DNA of 64,000 nucleotides from a virus: positions 64,001 to 128,000 of IMG/VR virus record IMGVR_UViG_3300045988_109366. One strand, 5' to 3'. The notes below the pieces were generated by a model. That model had not been told where the DNA came from. It searched no databases and worked only from the letters and a program-made list of their open reading frames with translations. Position numbers and translations under genes: made by a program. Positions 43,165-53,186 of the stretch are shown here, in pieces. Numbering within the stretch: the first letter of the stretch is position 1; each line of letters starts with the position of its first letter.

Positions 43165-45950
43165 GTCTAAGTACGAGTCCAGAATTTTATGTAAACATGA
43201 AAAATCCTCCTGTATGGAACGATCTGTTCGGTTGGGAGGATCAGGATGACGATGTTAAGCAGTTCTTTAAGGAAGAGGCTTATAAGGTCAAGTACGGGGT
43301 GACTATCAATGGTACGTTCATCCCTCCATGGCTTTATTGGCATGTTAATTTCTTTCCCGTATTCCAGGATCTTCCAAACGGGGAACGTGTGCCAGCGATC
43401 AGTCGTTTGCGTGACAACGAATGGTTTTTCGCCGAGATGTACCAACGTGCCCGTCAGGAGAAGAAAGGGTTGGGGATGTTTGGTACTCGTCGTTTTGGCA
43501 AGGCTCTTCTGGACTCGGAGCTTATATACACTCCTTATGGTTCCAAGAAAATAGGATTCGCCGATATAGGAGATATCATATACGGTGATGACGGGAATCT
43601 TACTACCATAGTGGGCGTATATCCTCAGGGATTCGTTGATACGTACAAAGTGACCTTTGAGGACGGTCGCAGCGTGGTGTGTTGCGGGCAGCACCAGTGG
43701 AAAGTCAAGTATCATGGTGATTATAAGGTTATGAGCACTATTGGTATCATCCATTCTGACTTCTCCAAAATGACTATAGATATTGGGGAGGCGGTAGATT
43801 TCCCCGAGCGGCGGTGGCTGATATCGCCCCAGCTCATGGGGTCTCTGACCGCCTCTTTCCTTTGTGGCGCTACCGACAGGATCTTTGAGCTAAGCAATAA
43901 GGAGATGGATGATATTATTTATTCATCCAAAAAACAGAAAGAGTTGTTTATAAGCTCATTCATGAAGATAGCTTGCGGTATAAATACCGGTGACGATCGT
44001 TTTAAGGTCGTTTACAAAAGTGAGTATATTATATCATTCGTAAGAAGAATATTCTGGTCTATGGGATATTATTGCGTCATGGATGGTGATGATATGTATA
44101 TATCCAAGACCCATAATAGGCTTAGGATATCCGATATAGATTATTACGGGAAATATAAAGCTACTTGTATTGAGGTCGATAATAAGTCCCATCAGTTTCT
44201 TACCACCAATTTTGTCGTATCCCATAATACGACTATCATGTCATCCCTTCTTCAGATGAACGCTACCATGACGATCGGGCTTAGTCATTCCGTGGTAGGT
44301 TTCAGCGATAGCGATTTATCTAATATAGGTGAGTATTGTGAGTATGGGCTTGATCATGTGCATCCTTTTTTCAGGATTAACAGGACCAAGACCGATTGGA
44401 GTTCTGGTGTCACCTTAGGCAAGCGTATGTCCAACGGGGTTCGTGATGTTCATGCCATAATATCCATAGCCAATATCAACATGGGTAGGAAGACATCCAC
44501 GCAGAAGACTGCCGGTCTGACCCCAGCCACGGCTATTTTCGACGAGGTAGGTAAGGGACCTATCAAGAAACCGTACACGGCCGCCATGCCGTCCTACGAC
44601 ACTCCTTATGGCTGGCGTCTCAGTCCTATCTTGGCCGGTACCGGTGGTGAGGTGGAACTATCCAAGGACGCTCAGGAGATGTTCTCTGATCCTGATACAT
44701 ACAATCTCCTGGTCATGGACTGGGATATTTTAAATCGGAGAGCCATGAAAGGGAAAACATGGAAAGAAAGGAAATGGGCGATGTTTGTCCCCGGTCAGAT
44801 GGCTAACTCCGGTGTTAAGAGAACTATAGGATTGGGCGATTATCTTGGTAAGCCTGATGACAAGAAGCTTAATAAGATCAAGATCGACGCTACTGATTTC
44901 GAGGCTAGTACCAATAAACTTAATGAGGAACGGAAGAAACTATCTACAAAAGATAGGGTTGCGTACACTTCTCATACCATGTTCTATCCATTTACGATTG
45001 ACGACTGTTTTTTAAGCTCATCCCAGAACCTATTCCCGGTCGAGTACGCTATCAAGCATAAGAATGATCTCCTTGAGTCGGGGCAATATAGCGGTATGCT
45101 GTGTGATGTCTTTCTTGAGTCAGGTAATAAACTGGGGACTACTAAATCGAATAAGCAACTGGCTGGATTCCCGTTTAGCGGCGGTGTTATTGACGCTCCT
45201 GTCCAGATATTCGAGATGCCTCAATCCAATAGGTTTGATGATTTTATTTATGTGGCGGGCCAAGATCCGTATAAGCAGGCCAAGTCTGATACTCCTTCAT
45301 TGGGATCCTTTTATATATTCAAAAGGCGTGTTGGTATCCGAGATCCTTATGCCTATAGAATAGTTGCCTCTTACGTATCCCGCCCATCATCTATAGACCA
45401 ATTCTGCCGTACGTGCGAGGTACTTCAGAAAGGATATGGTGCTATATGTCTTATGGAGAACGCTGACCAGATGTATGAGCAGTATCTTAACCGTAAAAGC
45501 GGTATGCCAGCGTCTTTCTTTCTGTTTGCTGGTGAGGCAATAGCCAATAAGTATGTGAAGGCCGGCTCCCGGCAGAACAGCAAGCTGGGGCTATACCCTA
45601 CCCCTGGCAACCAGAACCTGCTCTTCTCCTGCGTGGTGGATTATTGCTGGCAGGATTTCGTTATCGGTTATGATGATCAGATTGGTCTTGATATAACTGT
45701 CAAGGGTATTGAATTGATTGATGATATAGCCCTATTGGATGAGATAATACAGTACAAGCCCGGATTGAACGTCGATAGGATAATAGCCTTCGGGCATGCG
45801 TTGGTTCTCGCTAGGTATTTTGATGATAACAATTACATGCCTAAATCGAAGATCGAGGAGATGAATAACGCCCGTAAGGAAGACGCTTATAAACACCATG
45901 AGGTATATGCCTCTGCCTTTGGATCGGTATCTATAGGTGCGTTTCGGTAG
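43161..45950 (+). CDS. terL: terminase large subunit, interrupted by an intein
   Basis: Removing aa 115-356 restores the P-loop GTRRFGK|TTIMSS (GxxxxGKT). Walker B is TAIFDEVGK. Large ATPase+nuclease-size extein (687 aa), located upstream of the portal candidate. Confidence 0.8.
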   Translation: MSLSTSPEFYVNMKNPPVWNDLFGWEDQDDDVKQFFKEEAYKVKYGVTINGTFIPPWLYWHVNFFPVFQDLPNGERVPAISRLRDNEWFFAEMYQRARQEKKGLGMFGTRRFGKALLDSELIYTPYGSKKIGFADIGDIIYGDDGNLTTIVGVYPQGFVDTYKVTFEDGRSVVCCGQHQWKVKYHGDYKVMSTIGIIHSDFSKMTIDIGEAVDFPERRWLISPQLMGSLTASFLCGATDRIFELSNKEMDDIIYSSKKQKELFISSFMKIACGINTGDDRFKVVYKSEYIISFVRRIFWSMGYYCVMDGDDMYISKTHNRLRISDIDYYGKYKATCIEVDNKSHQFLTTNFVVSHNTTIMSSLLQMNATMTIGLSHSVVGFSDSDLSNIGEYCEYGLDHVHPFFRINRTKTDWSSGVTLGKRMSNGVRDVHAIISIANINMGRKTSTQKTAGLTPATAIFDEVGKGPIKKPYTAAMPSYDTPYGWRLSPILAGTGGEVELSKDAQEMFSDPDTYNLLVMDWDILNRRAMKGKTWKERKWAMFVPGQMANSGVKRTIGLGDYLGKPDDKKLNKIKIDATDFEASTNKLNEERKKLSTKDRVAYTSHTMFYPFTIDDCFLSSSQNLFPVEYAIKHKNDLLESGQYSGMLCDVFLESGNKLGTTKSNKQLAGFPFSGGVIDAPVQIFEMPQSNRFDDFIYVAGQDPYKQAKSDTPSLGSFYIFKRRVGIRDPYAYRIVASYVSRPSSIDQFCRTCEVLQKGYGAICLMENADQMYEQYLNRKSGMPASFFLFAGEAIANKYVKAGSRQNSKLGLYPTPGNQNLLFSCVVDYCWQDFVIGYDDQIGLDITVKGIELIDDIALLDEIIQYKPGLNVDRIIAFGHALVLARYFDDNNYMPKSKIEEMNNARKEDAYKHHEVYASAFGSVSIGAFR
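43503..44228 (+). mobile_element. intein (242 aa) inserted in the TerL Walker A motif
   Basis: Block A-like ALLDSELIYT (Ala at position 1), block B-like CGQHQW, block F-like KATCIEVDN..HQF, terminal VVSHN followed by Thr +1. Confidence 0.7.
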
Positions 45951-47331
45951 TTTATGGTATATTTATAATACTGGCAGATAGTTTAATACTTTCATGCCTT
46001 ACATTTTTTCATCTTTGAATATTTAAATTAAAATATAGTGCATTATGTTAATATCTTATAAATATAGAATTTATCCGACAGAAGAACAGAAGGTTTTGTT
46101 TGCCAAGACTTTCGGATGCTGCCGTTTTGTCTATAACTGGGCACTCAACCTAAAGATTGAAGCATATAAGCAGGGAAAGAAGTCCGTATCATACAAGGAA
46201 GTGCAGGATCGGATGGTAAACGAGCTGAAAAAGGAGAATAAATGGCTGGCCGAGGTTAATTCGCAATCTCTTCTTAATTCTATCCGCAATCTTGATGCCG
46301 CCTATAAAAACTTCTTTCGTGATACTCATGCAATGGGGTTCCCACGTTTCAAGAGTCGAAAGAATAAGCAAAGTTTTCAATGTCCGCAACATTGTAGCGT
46401 GGACTTTATCAATGAGACCATTTCCATACCCAAGGCAAAAGATATTCCTGCCGTGCTGCATCGCAAGTTCAAAGGTACGGTGAAAACCGTCACCGTCAGC
46501 ATGACACCTTCGGGCAAATACTTTGCTTCCGTATTGGTTGATACGGCTATCCATGAACTTCCGGCAATGACCATACAAGGTGATACGACTTTGGGTATAG
46601 ACTTGGGTATCAAATCTCTTGCCGTATGTTCTGATGGACGCACGTTTGACAATCCCAAAAACTTGAAGAGAAATCTTGATCGCTTGAAGTTTTTGCAAAA
46701 GCGGTTGAGCCGCAAACAGAAAGGATCATCCAACCGTAACAGGGAGCGTATTAAGGTTGCCAAATTACAGGAACACATAGCCAACAGACGTAGGGACAAT
46801 CTTCATAAAATCACTTATGCGCTGACACACGATAGCCAAGTGCGTACCATCTGCATGGAGGATTTGAACGTGAAAGGAATGCAGCGTAACCATCACCTTG
46901 CACAGGCGGTCGGTGATGCTTCTTTCGGTATGTTCCTGACGATGCTTGAATACAAGTGCAGGTGGTATGGTGTGAACCTCATAAAGATAGACCGATTTGC
47001 TCCGAGTTCGAAGACCTGCGGCAAATGTGGATATATCTATAAAGGATTGAAATTGAACGAGCGAAAATGGACTTGCCCGGAATGTGGCACACATCACGAC
47101 CGGGATTTCAATGCCGCTTGCAATATCAAGGAATTTGGCTTGAAAGCCCTACCCACGGAGCGTGGGAAAGTCAAGCCTGTGGACTGTCCTCTTGTGGATG
47201 ATAGACCTCGTGTCCTAAAAAGCAATGGCAGGAAGAAGCAGGAAAAGGAAGTAGATGATATTTCTATACACTCATGTTTTAGGCGCGAGAAGCTCACTAA
47301 CTTATCTTTGCTAAAAAATAATTAGATTGAC
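45951..47331 (+). mobile_element. tnpB-only IS200/IS605-like element filling the terL-portal intergenic space (ends not mapped)
   Basis: tnpB plus 94 nt upstream and 6 nt downstream occupy the whole gap between the terL stop (45950) and the portal ATG (47332). Confidence 0.5.
46045..47325 (+). CDS. tnpB: TnpB (IS200/IS605-family RNA-guided nuclease), catalytic residues intact
   Basis: MLISYKYRIYPTEEQ N-terminus, RuvC-I GIDLGIKSLAV, RuvC-II ICMEDLNVKGM, Zn finger CGKCG..CPECG, RuvC-III DRDFNAACNI. Confidence 0.9.
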   Translation: MLISYKYRIYPTEEQKVLFAKTFGCCRFVYNWALNLKIEAYKQGKKSVSYKEVQDRMVNELKKENKWLAEVNSQSLLNSIRNLDAAYKNFFRDTHAMGFPRFKSRKNKQSFQCPQHCSVDFINETISIPKAKDIPAVLHRKFKGTVKTVTVSMTPSGKYFASVLVDTAIHELPAMTIQGDTTLGIDLGIKSLAVCSDGRTFDNPKNLKRNLDRLKFLQKRLSRKQKGSSNRNRERIKVAKLQEHIANRRRDNLHKITYALTHDSQVRTICMEDLNVKGMQRNHHLAQAVGDASFGMFLTMLEYKCRWYGVNLIKIDRFAPSSKTCGKCGYIYKGLKLNERKWTCPECGTHHDRDFNAACNIKEFGLKALPTERGKVKPVDCPLVDDRPRVLKSNGRKKQEKEVDDISIHSCFRREKLTNLSLLKNN

Positions 47332-50094
47332 ATGGAGATTTTCAATAGAGATCATTCGTTTCCAGCAAAAGGAGCGTTATTAGGATTACCTCCTCAAGCT
47401 ATTTCCACGAAGAAAAAGAACAGGAAGTGGAAAGAGGATTGTATGGACGCTCTTGAGACGATAGGATTGAAACAGTATGATCGCAACCAGATGTACCGTG
47501 ACTATTATCTAATGGCGGATGGTAAGTTATCTTTTATGGAGATGGCGGATGTCATCCCTCAGCTAAGGAACGTACAGAAGTTAAGGAGTGATATAAGGAT
47601 ACCCTCTTTCTTGAAGCATTATGATATCATAGGTGGTATTGTAAACGCTTTTGAGGGATGGCTGACAAACCTACAGGATAAGTATACGGTTAACGAGGTA
47701 GGGGATATGGCTATAAGTGAGTATGAGGATACGATGTCAAACTTACTTCATCGTCATATACAAGAACAGTGGGATATTATCGTTAATCAGCGTCTTGTGG
47801 AGGCAGGACTTGATCCTACATACAATGAGTTCAACTCCGAGGAGGAACGTCAGGCTTACGCAGATCAAATACAACAGGCCAAGGCGTCTATGACCCCTGA
47901 TGATATCCAGAGGTTCATGAGTACAAGATGGAAGACGCAGGCGGCAGTATGGGGGGATCATACGATCGAGGCTGACCGTAGCCGGTTTTATATGGATGAG
48001 CTTGACAGGGAGAATTTCCGGGATCGTCTTCTTAGTGGAAAGATGTTCCGTAATCATTTCGTTGGCTTCGACTACTATCGTCCGGAGGTATGGAGTCCGA
48101 TGGAGGTATTCCATCCTGACGTGAAATACCCGCAATACGGATCTTATGTGGGCCGTATTCATTATTACGAGGGTGTTGAGCTGATATCAAGATACGGCCA
48201 TAAGATGACGGCCAAGGACAAGCGTCGTATTATGGGCGGTGATGATGATTATGAGGGATGGGTATCTAATGACGGTACTAGGTATGATCAGAAGAAAAAG
48301 AAGCCGTCTATTACCGGTATGTACGAGAATGAGGTTATTCCATGGAAAGGATACCATGATTATGAGTCTATAGTCGCCGCTGAGGACTATTATGGTGTTC
48401 CGATGGGCGAGTACCACACCTTCGGGCCGGACGGGGAGGAACACACCCAGCCCCGCTTCTTGCCCCGCTTCCATCCATTTGGCTATTTTAACTCTGACAT
48501 GTCCAATGGCAAGAGATATGAGATAGACTCTCGCCTTTTTAGGGTAATGGAAGGATATTGGGTATCCATGAAACCGGTATTCTTAATAACTTACATGACG
48601 GATACCGGTATGGTAGATCAGGAGCTTGTTACCGACGAGCTTCTCCCGGAGTTCTTGGAGAAGAACGGTATCAAGAAAGTGAAGAGGGTTATGGCTGAAG
48701 CCGTCAGTGATCCTGAGGTGAACACCTATATCTTGGAGTATGTTCCTGAGGTTAGGTTTGGCGTTAAGATCACCGGAGGTAATTTAATGGATAAACCTAT
48801 ATATATTGGTGGGGATCCAATACCTCATCAGATACATGGTGACAGCAGTCTGTATGATTATGTCATTCCGGTTTCGGGATTTATAGGGGCTAGTCTCGCT
48901 GATCGCATACAGCCGTTCCAGATGATGTATAACCTTGCCATGAACCAGCTATACAATAACGCCGAGAAGGAGATCGGTAAGTTCTTCTTAGGCGACTTAG
49001 GATTCCTGCCTACGGAATATAAGGATATGATGGACAAGAAGGGAGCTTTGGCTACTTTTATGCAGATTGTTAAGTCCGTCTCATTTATGGGTGTAGGTGG
49101 TAATGACACAAACAATCCTTACCAGAATCCGCAGATGAGCAGCATATATAATCAGTTCGGTGTATATGATCTTACTAATACGGATCAGATAAGATCCCGT
49201 ATGGAAATGGCGTCTTACGCCTATATGATGGCTTATAGGATGATAGGTATATCCGAGCAAGCGATGGGTCAGTCAACTAGATACGAGAGTTCTACGGGCG
49301 TAAAACAGGGAGTTAACGCTACTATGCTACAGACCCAGACTTACTTTAATGATTTCGATGACTTCAAGAAACGGACATTGGATATTCATCTAGCCGTGGC
49401 TCAAGTATGCCAGAAGGAAGGATACGATTGGACCGTGATGTACAGGAACAGCGATCTATCCTTGGCTTACGTCAGTCTTACGGATAATAGCTTGTCGTTA
49501 CGTCATCTTAATGTTATGGCTGTCTCTAATTCCAAGAAACGTCTGGAATTGGAGAATTTGAAGCAATATATATTACAGACAAATACGTTAGGTAATGACT
49601 TGCTTGATATCACTAGAATGATGAATGCCAACTCAACGGCTGAGATGAATCAGATAGGAAGGGATGCCAGATCTTACGCAGATCGTGTAAGACAGGAGGA
49701 GTACCAGAATCAACAACGACTTGTACAGCAAAAAGCCGAGGCCGATCAACAGGCCCGTAATGACGAGCATGAGAAGGAGAAGGAGCTGGCTTATATCAAG
49801 GGTAACTTCGATTTACGGGGTAAGAGCATAATGGCCGCCGGTCAAGCGGCTAGGACACAAGATAACGCAGAGGGTATGGATTATGTGGAAGCTATAGCGG
49901 ATCGAGCCTTGAAGGAAAGGGATCTGGATATCCGTGAGGAGGATATGAGAACCAGACAGGCTAATGCCGAGGCTGAGCGAAGATCTCGTGAGGAGATAGA
50001 GAAAAGGAAGTTGGAATTAAAGGAAAAGGAGATAGACGCTAGAAACAAACGTTCTGATACAGATAGGTTTACGTCAATAATAAACAAGAATTGA
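47332..50094 (+). CDS. portal protein candidate
   Basis: 920-aa ORF next after terL (ignoring the IS), with a long charged coiled-coil C-terminus. The call rests on position and size only. Confidence 0.5.
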   Translation: MEIFNRDHSFPAKGALLGLPPQAISTKKKNRKWKEDCMDALETIGLKQYDRNQMYRDYYLMADGKLSFMEMADVIPQLRNVQKLRSDIRIPSFLKHYDIIGGIVNAFEGWLTNLQDKYTVNEVGDMAISEYEDTMSNLLHRHIQEQWDIIVNQRLVEAGLDPTYNEFNSEEERQAYADQIQQAKASMTPDDIQRFMSTRWKTQAAVWGDHTIEADRSRFYMDELDRENFRDRLLSGKMFRNHFVGFDYYRPEVWSPMEVFHPDVKYPQYGSYVGRIHYYEGVELISRYGHKMTAKDKRRIMGGDDDYEGWVSNDGTRYDQKKKKPSITGMYENEVIPWKGYHDYESIVAAEDYYGVPMGEYHTFGPDGEEHTQPRFLPRFHPFGYFNSDMSNGKRYEIDSRLFRVMEGYWVSMKPVFLITYMTDTGMVDQELVTDELLPEFLEKNGIKKVKRVMAEAVSDPEVNTYILEYVPEVRFGVKITGGNLMDKPIYIGGDPIPHQIHGDSSLYDYVIPVSGFIGASLADRIQPFQMMYNLAMNQLYNNAEKEIGKFFLGDLGFLPTEYKDMMDKKGALATFMQIVKSVSFMGVGGNDTNNPYQNPQMSSIYNQFGVYDLTNTDQIRSRMEMASYAYMMAYRMIGISEQAMGQSTRYESSTGVKQGVNATMLQTQTYFNDFDDFKKRTLDIHLAVAQVCQKEGYDWTVMYRNSDLSLAYVSLTDNSLSLRHLNVMAVSNSKKRLELENLKQYILQTNTLGNDLLDITRMMNANSTAEMNQIGRDARSYADRVRQEEYQNQQRLVQQKAEADQQARNDEHEKEKELAYIKGNFDLRGKSIMAAGQAARTQDNAEGMDYVEAIADRALKERDLDIREEDMRTRQANAEAERRSREEIEKRKLELKEKEIDARNKRSDTDRFTSIINKN

Positions 50095-50139
50095 TTACAA
50101 GTTTTGTAAATATTTTTACAAAACTTGTAATCATTTTGG
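50093..50139 (+). terminator. perfect 18-bp inverted repeat hairpin plus T-rich tail
   Basis: GATTACAAGTTTTGTAAA tatt TTTACAAAACTTGTAATC (50093-50132) then ATTTTGG; overlaps the portal stop codon. Confidence 0.6.
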
Positions 50140-50197
50140 CGTAAAATTCTGTCATATACTATAATGGGTTTGATTTAATTGGTAATTGGATTAATAA

Positions 50198-50205
50198 TAC
50201 TTTTG
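50198..50205 (+). promoter_or_regulatory. Bacteroidota-type -7 box TACTTTTG
   Basis: TAnnTTTG match 24 nt upstream of ATG 50229. Confidence 0.4.
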
Positions 50206-50228
50206 TAAAAAGCAAAAAAGGAAATTGT

Positions 50229-51386
50229 ATGAATGACATGGGTGATTTCGCTAAGGGTTTTAAGACCATGAGTGTCGAGGAACTTTTTTACCGTGGTGAC
50301 GGTGATGGCGATAAGAATAATATTGAGGGTAAATATGATAAGGATGGTAATCCTATAGGTGATACCAAGGAAGAGCCTGCCGACGGCGGATCGGCTGACG
50401 GTGGTGGGGATAAGGGCGGCGATGCTACCACCCCAGACCCTGATTCCCTTGGCGAAGGCGGTACTGATGATAATAACGTGGTATCAGGATTTAACGGAAA
50501 ATCTTTCTTGGAGAAGATGGCTGCCAGAGGTATCATAGACAGTATCGAGAACCTAGATATTATGGTAGATGATAAACCAGTTGATCTTTCTACTATCACG
50601 AAAGAGGATGATCTACTCGATATAGTGGAGGGATTGATCAAGGACAAGGCCGATGAGTTGTTGAAAGACAAGGTTGATACCGGCTCGATGTCTGATTTCA
50701 TGAAGAAGATGATAGAGGTGGATAAGGCCGGTGGTAACGTTGGCCAACTATTAAGCCAATATCAGAGTATTCAGGCTCCGTTGGATAACCTTGATATGAG
50801 TAATAAAAATGATCAGCTTGCGGTTATCCAGCATTATTATAAGATGCTGGGTATGCCGGAAGACGAGATAAAGGATAATATGGAAATGATGATTGGCAAG
50901 GGCGATGAGTTTATCGAGTCCAAGGCCAATAAGTTCCATGATATCCTTAAAAAGGAGATGGATAACCTTATCGAGGAGGAGAAGAAAAAATCCGAGAAAA
51001 GGAAACAGGAGTTGATTGAGCAGATGAAGATCTATAAGAAAGGTCTAAAGACATCTATAAGCTCAGGATTCCAGTTGACTGACACGATGATAGGTAAGGC
51101 TGTCGATTTCGTTACCAAGCCGATAGACAATCAAGGTCATACGGCTATAGATAAAGCTTATTCCGAGGCTATCAAGAATCCGGATATGGCCGCTGATTTG
51201 GCCTTGTTCTTGATGAATAAGGACGAGTTCCTTAAACAGAAAACCAACAAGGCTAAGATGGAGGTCAATAAGAAGACCATCACTCTTCTTTCTGGCAATA
51301 AGGGAGGAAAGCAGAATAAGACTAATATCGATAACGATACTATAGAAGCTAACTTCCTTGATCTTAGTGGATCAAAGAGTGTATAA
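50229..51386 (+). CDS. scaffolding-like protein (acidic, Gly/Asp-rich N-terminus, helical body)
   Basis: Composition and position between the portal and capsid candidates. Confidence 0.45.
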   Translation: MNDMGDFAKGFKTMSVEELFYRGDGDGDKNNIEGKYDKDGNPIGDTKEEPADGGSADGGGDKGGDATTPDPDSLGEGGTDDNNVVSGFNGKSFLEKMAARGIIDSIENLDIMVDDKPVDLSTITKEDDLLDIVEGLIKDKADELLKDKVDTGSMSDFMKKMIEVDKAGGNVGQLLSQYQSIQAPLDNLDMSNKNDQLAVIQHYYKMLGMPEDEIKDNMEMMIGKGDEFIESKANKFHDILKKEMDNLIEEEKKKSEKRKQELIEQMKIYKKGLKTSISSGFQLTDTMIGKAVDFVTKPIDNQGHTAIDKAYSEAIKNPDMAADLALFLMNKDEFLKQKTNKAKMEVNKKTITLLSGNKGGKQNKTNIDNDTIEANFLDLSGSKSV

Positions 51387-51398
51387 CGTTTAAATATA

Positions 51399-53108
51399 TT
51401 GAAAATGAATCCGTTTCTTACAAAAAGTTTCCCGGCTACCGTGAATGGCGATAACGTTATTGCCTTTACCGATGCCAAGAACTATAAGACTTCGCTTGTA
51501 GAGCATAACTTAGGCTCATTGGCGAGCTGGTATTATGAGGATCCTGACAAGAATCATCTGGGTCTGTTGAATCTGTTCTCTAATATCGCTAATTACCCTG
51601 TACCGATGTATATGGGTATGATTAATAACGGCGCTACGATCTCCGTTAACGGTATTGGAGCTTCTTTCCGTTATGATCTTCCTGTTACAAAGACATTCGC
51701 TGTCGTTACGGCAGAGGATACTTCAGGTCATCACCTGAAACCGGGTATTGATGGTAGCTTGTTTGATATCGTTTTGAATACATCTGAGTTTACGGCTTAT
51801 GATGTTATTACCTACGATGCTGCTAACGGTTGTAATATCCTTATCTCAGGTGAGATCCCGTCTAAGACAGAAGGTGACTTGACACGTTATTGGTGTCGTG
51901 TTATCGGCGGTAAGGCTAAATACTTCCCCAAAGAGAAACTACGCCCTGGTATCCGTTACTGGAAGATCGGTCATGCTTTAGGTGAGTACAGCACTCAGTT
52001 CTCCAAGGTATCTGGAGCCGATAAGGCCGGTTCCATGACCTGTGAGTTCCGTTTAGGTAACCACCGTGGTGTTGAGGGCGAGACAACTATGTACGCTGGT
52101 ATGAAGTCCATGCAGGCCGCCCAGAATAGCACTTCAGAGTTCGTGGAGACTGCCCTTCGTCGTATGAATGCCATGAGAAGCGAGTATGAGGGTAATATTC
52201 CTGATTTGGCTATTATCGGTAGGACGGTTAATGGTAGACTTGATTTACGTACGGCTAAGGTAGCGTCCACGCTGGAGGTATTCTGTATGGCTGAGTTGGT
52301 TAAGCTGGAAGCTAGACAGTTGATGTGGCAAGAAGGTGGTATTATTATGGATCAAAATGGTCCTATCCATTTGAATGAGGGTATCTACCGTCAGCTTCGC
52401 CGTGGTTACACTATCTACTATAGCCGTCCGATGGGTATTACTAAGGATACGCTTATGGCTGCCGCAGCTTATATTTTCCGTGGACGTCAGGATCTTCCTA
52501 TTACGGAACGTAAGATTAAGTTCAAGGTAGGAGCTATGGCTATGATCAATTTAGAGAAGTTGATCAGGGAATCGTTCTTCACTACCTTGCAGAACTTAAG
52601 CTGGGGTATGGGAAGCGATAGGATGTTGCCTTCTAATCCTATTTCAGGTACTAACGACGCCATGATCTTAGGTCCGGTTCAGGTTAAGGGAGCTTTCATC
52701 CCGGGCATCGGTAATGTTGAGTTCGAGCACGATCCTTCTTTGGATTACGCTGACATGACAGATCGTAGCGAGTTAGTGAATGGCATGTATCCTAGATCAT
52801 CTTATTCTTGTATTATCGAGAATATCACTGACGCTGGATCAACTAACGCATATTCCGCTATTCCTAATACGGCTAACGCTAAGTTAGGTAATATGAATAA
52901 CAACGTATTCTATATCAAACCAGAAGGCGTAAGCATGTGGTGGGGTTATGAGTACGGTCGTTGGGCGCACAAAGCTAACGGTAATGAGATCGTATCATCC
53001 TTGCCGGGCATGAAAGAGCAATTCTGGTGTCATTCTGCTTCCGCAGCATGGGTTATGGATAATAGTAAGTTCTTGATTATCGAGCTTCAACCGAACTACT
53101 TCGGCTAA
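51399..53108 (+). CDS. major capsid protein candidate
   Basis: 569 aa; follows the scaffold-like ORF and is followed by the strongest stem-loop/T-run terminator in the window. Position-based call. Confidence 0.5.
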   Translation: MKMNPFLTKSFPATVNGDNVIAFTDAKNYKTSLVEHNLGSLASWYYEDPDKNHLGLLNLFSNIANYPVPMYMGMINNGATISVNGIGASFRYDLPVTKTFAVVTAEDTSGHHLKPGIDGSLFDIVLNTSEFTAYDVITYDAANGCNILISGEIPSKTEGDLTRYWCRVIGGKAKYFPKEKLRPGIRYWKIGHALGEYSTQFSKVSGADKAGSMTCEFRLGNHRGVEGETTMYAGMKSMQAAQNSTSEFVETALRRMNAMRSEYEGNIPDLAIIGRTVNGRLDLRTAKVASTLEVFCMAELVKLEARQLMWQEGGIIMDQNGPIHLNEGIYRQLRRGYTIYYSRPMGITKDTLMAAAAYIFRGRQDLPITERKIKFKVGAMAMINLEKLIRESFFTTLQNLSWGMGSDRMLPSNPISGTNDAMILGPVQVKGAFIPGIGNVEFEHDPSLDYADMTDRSELVNGMYPRSSYSCIIENITDAGSTNAYSAIPNTANAKLGNMNNNVFYIKPEGVSMWWGYEYGRWAHKANGNEIVSSLPGMKEQFWCHSASAAWVMDNSKFLIIELQPNYFG

Positions 53109-53135
53109 GTTTTTTATATATGTAATTTGGTTTTT

Positions 53136-53167
53136 AGAGGGGAGGATATTCCTCTCCTCTTTTTTTT
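53136..53167 (+). terminator. intrinsic terminator
   Basis: AGAGGGGAGG atatt CCTCTCCTCT followed by TTTTTTT. Confidence 0.75.
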
Positions 53168-53186
53168 AAAGTAACGCAAAAAGGAA

